Origin: Anthoceros angustus
Lineage: Eukaryota > Plantae > Anthocerotophyta
NCBI GenBank assembly: GCA_010909165.1
Contig: VJWM01000025.1
Coordinates: forward strand, 1,922,001-1,986,000
Direction: 5' to 3'
Length of the DNA: 64,000 nucleotides
The translations under genes and the position numbers were made by a program. Position 1 is the stretch's first letter. Every line of letters begins with the position of its first letter. This document shows, piece after piece, positions 1-10,500 of this stretch. Below the pieces are notes generated by a model. The model did not search any database. It was given only the letters and a program-made list of their open reading frames with translations, and had not been told where the DNA came from.

Positions 1-2268
1 CAACCTCACGTTCACACTCTTCGACTTAGACACAATGTCAGGCCTTCCCTCTCCTACTGTGAACTCATGCACCCCATTCTTCACTTCGATGCATGCCTTT
101 GCAGGCTTCTTCATGGCACCTGCCGACTTTCTCAAGCCTTCTATCCTATCTACATCGTCCCACCTGCCTGCTTTGGCGTAGATGGCTCCCAGCAGCACAT
201 ACGCACTCGCATCATCTGCTTCCAGTTCTACAAGACGGTCAAAGCATCGTCTTCCACGCTCTACATCACCGTAGCTTTTGCAAGCACTCAGCAAAGCTGT
301 CCAGGCAACAACGTCGTTCACAAACAGCCTGGTTTGCAGCATGTTTTCAGCCTCATGCAGTTTTCCTGACCGCCCAAGAAGATCAACCATGCAGCTGTGG
401 TGATAATCAGTAGGCACAATCCCGCGGCGTGCTACCATCATCTTGAAATAATGCTGGCCCTCGTGCACCAGGCCTGCATGACTGCATGCCACAAAAAGGC
501 AGATGTAGGTCGTTTCATCTGGCTCAACACCTTGCTTGAGCATCTCCTCAAAACACCAGATTGCCATGCGACCATCGCCATGTTCTGCATACCCATTCAG
601 CATGGATGTCCATGTCACCAAATCTTTCCTGGCCAATCCGTCAAACACGATGCGAGCATTTTCCAGACTCCCACACTTCGCATACAAGTCCACCAGGCTG
701 CTGCCCAGACACAAGTCAGATTCCAGGCCTTGTTCACGAATCTGTGCATGCAGCTGCTTCCCCTGATGAAGGGCTCCCACATCGGCACACGCTTTCAGGA
801 GGCACATATAAGTGACGTTGTCGGCAGGAGTGATGCCCTCCTGCTGCATACTTGCGTACAGAGCCAGGGCATCTTGACTGAGCCCATGCTGTGTGTATCC
901 TGTGAGCATAGTATTCCATGTAACCACATCCCTTGTGGGCAATGTGTCAAAAATTCTGCGAGCATCTTGCAAGCTCCCACACTTGGAATACATGTCCACG
1001 AGACAATTGCCAATCACTGGATCAAATGCCAGTCCACATTTCTGAATTTGATCATGGAGCTGCTTACCCTGCTGCAAATCTCTCACACTGGCACATGCTT
1101 GAAGCAGGCACACAAACATGGCACGACCGGTCGGAGTTATGCCCTCACGTTGCATTTCTGCATACAGAGCCAGAGCTTCTCGACCCAGCCCATGCTGCGT
1201 ATATCCTGCTATCATGGCAGTCCATGTCACATCATCTCTAGTGGGCAATCTGCAGAACACACTGTGCGCCTCCTCCAAACTCCCACACTTTGCATACATG
1301 GTAACCAAGCTATTGGCAACGAAGACATCAGCCGTCAGTTCACTGGCCAAAATATGGGCATGCACCTCCTTTCCAGAAACCAGATCCTTTGCAGTGGCAC
1401 AAGCCTTCAGAACTGCCACAAATATACGATTGTCAGGCCTCACTGTAGAGTCCCTCATTTGTCGATACAGCTGTATAGCCTGCGTGGGCTGCCCATGTCG
1501 AGCATGCGCCAGAATGATGGTGGCCCACATATACACGTTTGGGGCAGTCACTCTGGTGAACACCTGTATTGCGTCCTTCAATTTCCCATGAGCCGCATAC
1601 ATAGCAATCAGGTGGTTTGCCAAGAAGGCGTTACACTCGAACCCACTCTTGACAGCAAGGACATGAAGGCGCCTGCCTAGAACCAGATCCTTGTGAGCAA
1701 TGCACCTCTTGAGACAAGCATAAAAGAGAGACGGGTCAATATAACATCTAAGCTGAAGCAGTAGGTCCAAGGATTGTACGGCCTCTTCCAGCTGTCCCTC
1801 CTCGCAGCACTTGCTCACAGTTTCAAACACAGATTCAATTCCAGATACACATCCATGACCAGCATCCCACTTGGCTAGCTGAGCATCCACCCATCCAGGC
1901 TTTCGACGGCTGTCCAGCCAGAGAGGTTCTTTCGAAGCTTTGTGCCTGAAGTCAGGATGACGGGAACTTCTCTTATCCCGCCTGTTGTCCCACCACCGTG
2001 CAGGATCTTGGAAGAAGACATGCCACAAGAGCTCCTGTCGCTCTTTCGTGTGCCGGACGTCTTCAACTCTCCAAGAAGCAGCTTCAAGTGTCCCTACACA
2101 TCCTGGTTTGGCTGATGGGTAGCCATTCATACACGAGCCGGCTGAGGAAAGCGCAGAGCCCCACATTGTGCCTGATCTTGGCTGCACCCTGTACAGCACC
2201 CGGCGATGCTGGGTCCACAAAATTTGCGAATCCGGAGTTGCCGGACTTGAAAGCGGCCGCTCCAACAT
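1..2268 (-). CDS. PLS-class PPR protein with N-terminal OSB-like PDF motif and E1/E2/KP box; 3' end (probable DYW:KP domain) lies beyond the window edge
   Basis: Manual minus-strand translation from ATG at 2268 (MLERPLSS; in-frame TAG upstream) is open to position 1. It contains [56 protein letters not shown] (about 1880-2035), P-L-S repeats (NSLVTMYAKCGSLEEA, VTWTAMIAGY) and GAMKKPAKACIEVKNGVHEF. It is missing from the ORF track because no stop falls inside the window. Confidence 0.92.
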   Translation of the reverse strand, partial: MLERPLSSPATPDSQILWTQHRRVLYRVQPRSGTMWGSALSSAGSCMNGYPSAKPGCVGTLEAASWRVEDVRHTKERQELLWHVFFQDPARWWDNRRDKRSSRHPDFRHKASKEPLWLDSRRKPGWVDAQLAKWDAGHGCVSGIESVFETVSKCCEEGQLEEAVQSLDLLLQLRCYIDPSLFYACLKRCIAHKDLVLGRRLHVLAVKSGFECNAFLANHLIAMYAAHGKLKDAIQVFTRVTAPNVYMWATIILAHARHGQPTQAIQLYRQMRDSTVRPDNRIFVAVLKACATAKDLVSGKEVHAHILASELTADVFVANSLVTMYAKCGSLEEAHSVFCRLPTRDDVTWTAMIAGYTQHGLGREALALYAEMQREGITPTGRAMFVCLLQACASVRDLQQGKQLHDQIQKCGLAFDPVIGNCLVDMYSKCGSLQDARRIFDTLPTRDVVTWNTMLTGYTQHGLSQDALALYASMQQEGITPADNVTYMCLLKACADVGALHQGKQLHAQIREQGLESDLCLGSSLVDLYAKCGSLENARIVFDGLARKDLVTWTSMLNGYAEHGDGRMAIWCFEEMLKQGVEPDETTYICLFVACSHAGLVHEGQHYFKMMVARRGIVPTDYHHSCMVDLLGRSGKLHEAENMLQTRLFVNDVVAWTALLSACKSYGDVERGRRCFDRLVELEADDASAYVLLGAIYAKAGRWDDVDRIEGLRKSAGAMKKPAKACIEVKNGVHEFTVGEGRPDIVSKSKSVNVRL

Positions 2269-3675
2269 CGCTATGCCAGCTCCACTTCACGGCTGCACAA
2301 ACTAGTATCCAGTTCCATGTTCTTGTGGGCAATTCACTGTCAACGGATGCCAGCACTGGCATGCAGAAGGACCCTGGATAGGGTAGGGCAGCCTTCTCCA
2401 TCGGTGTACTAGGGAATCTCTGTTGCACCTCCATTTTGTCCGTGCCAACCTATGCACATAATATGGCAAACAGTGAATGTAGAGCCTGATGTCGACAATG
2501 TAACGTCCGGCTTCCAAGTGCTCGCTTGATGCCTTGCTGCAGTGGGAGAAAGCATCGGCTGCAACATCTTTTCCTGGAAACTGATTTGGAGGTGCCACAC
2601 TTGCTCAGGCTGCTGCGAGCTGCTCAACATTCAAATGCCTTTCCAGCGGTGTCTGAGTAGAATGGCACTGAACATGGCATTGAATATGGAACTATTCTTC
2701 AAGAGTCGTTAGAAGACAGCTGCTTTGATATTTGAGTCATGCAGCATTCGGCAACACCTATCCTACACTCCCAGCAATTGCCGAGTCCATTATAGCCGAT
2801 CGATCCCTCTGCCCTTCTCTCGACACACCACTTGCGGTCGCGACCAGCTGCAGCCTGCATGTGGTTGCCCGAATATGTCATTCGTTACACTCTTAACACC
2901 ACTCTGTTAGGGGTAATAACTAAAACCATAACTGTGCAACAATGATCTTTTGCAGGTTGTGTGCACCTCCCTGGTCTCAGCAGACTTCTCAGTGATCAAT
3001 TTCCCATGGAAAATCTGTTCTGCTTCCAGGTGGATGGAAACCATGCAAGAGGAGCCCTCCATATCGGAATTTTTTGGTTGAAGGGTTGAACAACATCATT
3101 TGTGGGGTTCATCGGAAATAGGAGTAACAATCGGTGGTGACGTGGTAGATGTAAGCCCCCTAACGCGCAGAAATCTCTGAAGTCCTTCAGGAGCCAGTCT
3201 CAGCAAGTCCAACCAAACTGTTTGGGTGTGTATGCGTAGCGTGACAGGAAGGTAGTTTACGCCAGCTGCAGGCAAGTTGTTAAGATTACCGAGCATACGT
3301 TCGTTACTGGTGTACCCTACAGAGTGGCATCTGGGGAGCAGGAAGCAGCCATGAAGGAGGGGGGAATCGGTGGCTAGATGATGATCAACAGAAACAGGAC
3401 ACAAACCGCAGGAAGACGAGAACATCTTCCACCAGTTGAGGCTACTCAGTTGCATGGCCTCATCTTGTATACTAGCAAAGAATTTTGATATAGGTACACT
3501 GGGTTTTTTGATTTGTCATAATGGTAGACTTGTAACCTGAGCTACTTGTTGCAGTAGAGGAGACTATAATATAATTTTCAAAATTGTCAAGACGCGACAT
3601 GCTGCAAGGAGAGCAGTACCAGCAGTGATTAGAATGCCCCTGACTTTTTCTCGCCAGGAAGAGGAGCACCCACTG

Positions 3676-6281
3676 CTATGACCTGACTGCGCTGCAGCTG
3701 CCTGTGCTAGCATCTGACAAAATTGTCATCCGCCTTACAGACTTCATGAAATCCCTGCATACACAAACAACCACACCCTCAGTGCCATGTTTAAGACGGT
3801 ACTTGTAAGACAGGAGAAAGCAGTAAGCAAAAGGACTAGCAAACATATGGTATGTATGCGCATCTTCAAATACCTGTACCGCTCGACCCCAACGTGGATA
3901 GGGGAGCCTTCTGCATCTCTGCACACGAGATTCTTTTGCAACTCCGTCTTGTCCATGCCAAACATTGCAGACAATTTGGCAAACAAGTCGTCGTAGCTAG
4001 TGAAAAGTGCAAGGTCAACAGTGCGACCCACCTCCTCGCTTTCCTTGAAAACCTTGCAGTGGGAGTACGTATCAGACGAGGGATCTTTGGGCACACAAGC
4101 ACCACCTTGTTCCTTCATCCAATTCATGCTAGGAAAGTGGCTTCCAGAGTCCACACTTCCTCCCGGGAGCTGCTGAAAATTGGCGTCCTCCCTTCCACTG
4201 CTGTCAGAGTAAAACCGGTGCAAGCCTCCCCTGTTGTCACCGTGGTACCCATCAGAGGCCCGACTGCTGGAGCGGCGCTTTCGGCCCAAATCTTCACTGA
4301 AATGCTGATGAGAGTGGTCATCAGACGAGCTGCCGCCCGAATGCTGTTGCTGTTGCTGGCGTTGATGTTGATGATGAGGCTTGAGCATGGTGGTGGTGAC
4401 GTTCTTGTCTGCTGGATCAATAGCCTGACCGAAGAGCAAAAAAGGAGCAGTCTTGGGAACCGAGCTAGCCCCACAGCTGGGTGCCCCGTTGCTGGAGGGG
4501 TCACTGTTGTGGGAGACACTCCCCACCCCTATCCACCCCGATACTTTGCTGGTCACCCCCGACCAGTCCTGGTGCGAGCTAGTGGACCGGTTAGGCAGTG
4601 GCAGGCCGGCCACTTGCTCCTGGCGGTAAGCATTATCTAGATGCATCCCTGTTCGGACTTTATTAGGACGGAAAGCTGACAATGCGAGCCCACAGATTCT
4701 TTCTTGCCTGGCTCCCTGCATGCCTGCAGGAACATCTTCCACGAGACCATGCCAAGGAGACATCTGCCTGAGCATGTCGTTGGCCAGAGCTGCCATGGGC
4801 ATCGCCATCATAGGAGTTTGACCTTGGACTTGGAGGGGAAGATCAGAAGGTTGCGAAACTCGAAGTTTCTTCTTAGCCAAGGAGAAGGGAGGGAGCTGCA
4901 TGGGCAGGGTCGATACCAGCTCCACCTGCCAGGGACTAACTCTGCTCACGCCTTGCAACAGGTCGGGTTCGTCCCAGGTCACCTGAACCCATCATCAGCC
5001 GGCCCAGTCAGCCAACGGTGGCCAACACTGAGAAAAGTGCACTCACTACCCAGAATAGGGTTAGGCTTGCACACAACAGCAACAGCAACAGCAACAGCGA
5101 GAACAACAACAAACGAATGAAATCAACAAACAGACCTGGAGAACCCTCCAAGGAGACTTGGGCCACAGATGCGGATCCGCCGGCTGCACCGCCTGGATAG
5201 TACCCATGAACCAGCTGATCCTGGACGAGTCCTCCGTCTCGAACGCCATCTTGAAACGCATCCCAGCGTACCAGGAATGATCCAAAGCCGCCTTCACCAC
5301 ATGAGCCTTGACACAGAATTCTGCAGTGCTGGCCCGGGGATAGTACACCACCTCGAACTGGTGGCCAGCCACAGCCAAAGACGCCGCCTCCATGACGGAC
5401 TTGGCCGTGACCCGGGCCCGGTTCCGAGCAAAGCTGCTGCTGCTGCTGCTGCTGTTGCTGCTGGAGAGCGCATTCTCCCCGAGGAATTCCGCCATGCCAT
5501 TGTTGGCGCTGCCGTCAGGACCCTTCACCTCCCACCTGGAGGGCCGGTGCGACGGCGGCACAGAAGAGGAAGACGAGGAGTGCCAGGACGAGGAATCCCC
5601 GGGCCCGCTCGTCCCCCGCATGGACCTACGCACTCCGACACAAAGCTCCCCGGTGGCGCTCCGCAGAAACACGATGGCGTCCCCGGCCACCAGCTTCTTC
5701 TGGTTCACAAAGGTGCTCCATCCCGTGGTGAGCAGATGCCGGCGCGGCGTCCCCCGGTAGATGTGCCTGAATTTCCAAGTGTCCCCGTGCACGTCCTTGG
5801 CCAGCACCGTCTGCACGGGCGGGTCGATGCTGTAGTCCAAAGGCGGGAAGATGGTCTCGGCGCAGTACCTGGGGACAGAGAATCCGCCGCCATTGTTGGC
5901 GTCGCTCTGCGTGAGCGTCTTGGCGAAGGAGGCGGGCTTCTCCGGCGGCGGCGATGGCGGCTGGTTTTGCTGCTGCTGCTGCTGCTGCTGCTCCTCGTCG
6001 CGGCTCGCCTCCGGCTGCAGCCGGATCCGGGCGTACACTTCGTCCGTCTCCGTGTCCGCCAGGAAGTGCACGGAGGTGACCCGGCAGGGAATTGTGCCGG
6101 AGGGACCGAGAGTGCGCGGGAAGTCGGGCGTGCTGGCCGCCTGCTCTCCGTGGCCCTGGGGGAAGTAGATCACCTTGGAGCCCACTGACGGCAGCTGCAC
6201 CATCCCCCCGGCACACGCGTGCCATAGCTGCGAATCCAAGCCTCGCTCCCGCTCCCGCTCCCGCTCCCCCGCTCCCTCCAT
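3676..6281 (-). CDS. ARF: Class C auxin response factor (ARF10/16/17-like): B3 DBD, ARF domain, PB1. Exons 6281-5136, 4982-3874, 3754-3676
   Basis: LDSQLWHACAGGMV, FAKTLTQSDANNGGGFSVPRYCAETIFPPLDY, RGTPRRHLLTTGWSTFVNQKKLVAGD, MRFKMAFETEDSSRISWFMGT, miR160-site peptide AGMQGARQ and PB1 HCKVFKESEEVGRTVDL. GT-AG introns at 5135-4983 and 3873-3755. Confidence 0.96.
4705..4725 (-). promoter_or_regulatory. miR160 target site in first ARF (canonical)
   Basis: mRNA reads GGCATGCAGGGAGCCAGGCA, complementary to miR160 (UGCCUGGCUCCCUGYAUGCCA) with an intact 5' half. Confidence 0.93.
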
Positions 6282-6940
6282 GCTGCTGCTGCTGCTGTTG
6301 CCGCAGCACCTCAGATCGATGCTACGGCGCGCCAGCTCCGGTACTGCAATGGCGGCGGCAATGGCAGCGGGGAAGGCAGCGGAGAAGGCAGCGGCAGCGG
6401 CAACGGCTACGTCCACGGCACCCCGGATCTGCCCGATCTGCAGCAGCAGGCCTCGTCAGTCTGCTGCACAACAGCAAGCGCCGGCGCCGCCTCCATTCAT
6501 GGGCTGCATTCACAGGGCGGGGCAGGGCAGATCCATGGCGTGCCCCCGCGGCTGGCTTCACAGTGAGCGCAAAGGCGAAGGCCGGAGGTGCAGAGAGGGT
6601 GAGGTCTTAGGACCGCCGGCATGGGGGCGAGGAGGTGGGGATGGTGGAGATGTGGAGGAGGAGGGAAAGGGGAGATTGAAGGGAGCGGCACCATGGGCAG
6701 CAGCAGCATAGGAGCGGAAAGGGGAACCCGCTGGCTCCAGGCGGAGGAAGGGAGGAAGGACGAAGAAAGGAAGGAAGAAGGAGAAGATGAGAAGGAGAGA
6801 ATGCAGGAGGAGGGAGGAAGAAAAAGAGGAGCAGGAGGAGGAGGAGGAGGAGGAAGAAGGGAAGCAGAGGCGATGGCGATGTATGTGATGAGGAAAAAGG
6901 GAAGAGAGAGAGAGAGAAGGGCGGCCGTGCGGGTGCGGGT

Positions 6941-7011
6941 GCATGTGCCAAGTGGGACCTTGGTGCCGTAACATTCTCCTCCCATCTCGCTCACCTCTTC
7001 CCCCTCCGACA
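6941..7011. promoter_or_regulatory. Non-coding module conserved upstream of both ARF paralogs (E-box CATGTG, TCP-like GTGGGACC, AuxRE TGTCGG)
   Basis: 6941-6972 matches 17941-17972 at 29/32 nt. CCGACA (TGTCGG on the minus strand) follows at 7006-7011 and at 17989-17994. Confidence 0.6.
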
Positions 7012-7582
7012 TCTTCATACGCCCGTAACCATCCTCGCCTCCTTTTTTCTGTTCCTCGCCCACTCCTTGTTTCTTGCGCTGTTATCCCACTGGTCAACAC
7101 GCTCCCTCCGACTCCCACTCCCACTCCCACTCCTCGAGTGGCCATGGCCATTTCCACACTGATACAGTGTGTCTGCCACGGTGATACCGTCTCCTCAGGA
7201 GGTCAGTCACCATATTTGATAAAATTGAAATAATGCACTATTCACTCTTGTCATGCATGCTGCGAGATGAAGTAAATCCAAAGACGAGAGATATTCTCCC
7301 TGCTTGTTTGCAGAATCACCCACACCCAGCAAAGATTCATAAGGTGCTAGATTCTGGGGTGGAATATACGCGGAGGAAAGGACTCTTGTATCTTTGGCTA
7401 CAAGAATATTATGTAATATATCATATTCTGGTAACACTCCTAAAATCATAGGATACGTCAGTGTACTTAGCTATCAATAATGACATGAAGCATCGGGTGA
7501 TGAAAACTAAGGAATATAGAGAATAAGATGATGAGCGAGCGTAGCAATGGTTGATTGATTGATTGATTGATTGATTGGGACG

Positions 7583-10500
7583 CTAAGAATGTCCGAAAAT
7601 CCAAGCAAAGCATCCAATTAGTGAGAAATATGATATCATTTTGGGTAGGAGAAGAAGCAACGTGCTTGAAAGAGCACTAGGGAACATGGTGGTTAGTTGG
7701 GAATCCCAGACCGGGTGACCAGGCGTTTTACGCTGTTGCTGGGATGCTGTCGTGTGTCGTGTGTCGTGTGTCGTGGAAGGAGGAAGGAGGAAGGGAGGCG
7801 TGTGGAGAGCCAGGGAGTCCTTGACTGGGGACTGGGGACTGGGGACTGGGGTGGACAATGTAGATGAGCGTGTGATGAGGAAAGTTGCGGTGTTAACGCC
7901 GAGAATAGGGAAAGAAATAGAGGAGGGCAGGGCGGGGCATCCAGTGGCAGGTGGGTAGCAGGCCGAAATACCTAACCAGGCGGGCGATGATGAGGCCGGT
8001 GAGTTGTGTCCTGCCGAGCCCGACTCGGTCGGCACCAGGATTAGCCCGCCTCGGGCCCTCGAGCCCAAGGGCGCGGCGGGCCCGCCCGCCCTTTCTTTGC
8101 CACTCCCGACCGCCCACCTTCCCGCCAGCGCCAGCGCCAGCGCCAGCTCGGTCGGACGCCTCCTAGCCCCCATTGCCATGTCGCCCTTCTTCGAATCTGC
8201 ATGCCTTTGCCTTTGCCTTTGCCTTATGCCTTGGCCCTGGCCCTGGCCCTGGCCCTGCACACACCACACACCACACACCACACACACATGCTGGCATCTC
8301 GTTATTTACTAGCCGGTAACGCCACGCGCCTCGCGCACTGCCGGTACATGAGCACAAAAGAAAACACAGCACAGTGTCCAAGGCCCGGCTGGTCGTCGAC
8401 CGGGGACGAGGCACGACCGCGACGCGGTCGCCCACCCTCACCCACTCGCTGCCCATCTCACCGGAGGTTAGGGGCAAAAGCCAGGAGAGGCGCTCTGTTT
8501 GTCTCATGCTGCTGCACTAGGACACGGCAGAGGCAGCGGCACTGGCAGTGGCAGTGGCAGTGGCAGTAGCAGTGGCAGTGACAGTGGCAGTGATGAAAGT
8601 CATCCGGATCCATGGCGTCACTCACCGCCACGTTGTGTCATGACAATCAGAGCGAGAGAGAGAGAGAGCGAGAGGGGGCATTTGGTAAAAGGCGGGTGGC
8701 CCCAGCTCCTGTCCACACTCTACACTCCTCACTCCTCACTCCTCACTCCTCACTCCTCACTCCAGTGCAGTCTACTCTAGACTAGCCACTCTCCACTCCA
8801 CTCCAGTCCTGTCCGGTGACCAGTCCCAACGAGGCCAGACGGCTAGACTCGAGACTCTGACTGCAGCAAAGAAAAGAGCAAGAGCAAGAGCACGACAAAA
8901 AGCAAGACATGGAAGCTGATGAACCTTTCTCGGCCTTGCCTCGTTCCTTCTTCGCTCTGGTCAGAGTGAAGACTGGTGGTGTCATGTTTCCACACTTGCT
9001 CATGCTATGTAGACTATACTTGTCTTGTGGGCTGTTTTGTGGGCTCCGAATATACCCAGCCCCGACCTCCTCTTACAAGGCAACAATGCACCGGCGGTCG
9101 CTCTCGGTACATATGCGTACATGCCATTGCCTGCATACTTTATAACCTCCAATGTCTGCTGTACATAGCCAAACGAGGAGAAACAAAACCAGGAGCTCTC
9201 CTCACTCCCACTCCTTGTTTCTTGCGCTGTTATCCCACTGGTCAACACGCTCCCTCCATGCTGCTGCTGCTGTTGCCGCAGCAGCAGGCCTCGTCAGTCT
9301 GCTGCACAACAGCAAGCGCCGGCGCCGCCTCCATTCATGGGCTGCATTCACAGGGCGGGGCAGGGCAGATCCATGGCGTGCCCCCGCGGCTGGCTTCACA
9401 GTGAGCGCAAAGGCGAAGGCCGGAGGTGCAGAGAGGGTGAGGTCTTAGGACCGCCGGCATGGGGGCGAGGAGGTGGGGATGGTGGAGATGTGGAGGAGGA
9501 GGGAAAGGGGAGATTGAAGGGAGCGGCACCATGGGCAGCAGCAGCATAGGAGCGGAAGGGGAACCCGCTGGCTCCAGGCGGAGGAAGGAGGAAGGACGAA
9601 GAAAGGAAGGAAGAAGGAGAAGATGAGAAGGAGAGAATGCAGGAGGAAGAAAAGAGGAGCAGGAGGAGGAGGAGGAGGAGGAAGAAGGGAAGCAGAGGCG
9701 ATGGCGATGTATGTGATGAGGAAAGGGAAGAGAGAGAGAGAGAGGGGCATTTGGTAAAGGCGGGTGGCCCCAGCTCCTGTCCACACTCTACACTCCTCAC
9801 TCCTCACTCCTCACTCCTCACTCCTCACTCCAGTGCAGTCTACTCTAGACTAGCCACTCTCCACTCCACTCCAGTCCTGTCCGGTGACCAGTCCCAACGA
9901 GGCCAGACGGCTAGACTCGAGACTCTGACTGCAGCAAAGAAAGAGCAAGAGCAAGAGCACGACAAAAAGCAAGACATGGAAGCTGATGAACCTTTCTCGG
10001 CCTTGCCTCGTTCCTTCTTCGCTCTGGTCAGAGTGAAGACTGGTGGTGTCATGTTTCCCACACTTGCTCATGCTATGTAGACTATACTTGTCTTGTGGGC
10101 TGTTTTGTGGGCTCCGAATATACCCAGCCCCGACCTCCTCTTACAAGGCAACAATGCACCGGCGGTCGCTCTCGGTACATATGCGTACATGCCATTGCCT
10201 GCATACTTTATAACCTCCAATGTCTGCTGTACATAGCCAAACGAGGAGAAACAAAACCAGGAGCTCTCCTCACATCTCGTCTCCTGGAAGCTGCAGCTGC
10301 TCCTGCAGCAGTCCTTCTCCTGCTCGTACTAGATACACGAATACTGGTGTACCACACAAGTTGTATAAGGTGCTGGGTACAAGTAGTGTAAAGCAAAATG
10401 TACATACCCATTATAATACATAAAGTAGGGTTGGAGGGGCGGAGATGGGATGGATGGTCTACCGGAAGTACGGACGGTCGGTTTTGGACTGTTCATTGTG

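Noticed and set aside
397-1680. 427-aa plus-strand ORF (and similar long antisense ORFs at 47813-48649 and 51959-53179)
   Set aside because: These are antisense shadows of PPR coding sequence; the recognisable protein is on the other strand.
4705-4725. Plus strand reads as mature miR160, suggesting a MIR160 gene
   Set aside because: It is simply the complement of the target site inside the ARF exon; I see no flanking fold-back arm.
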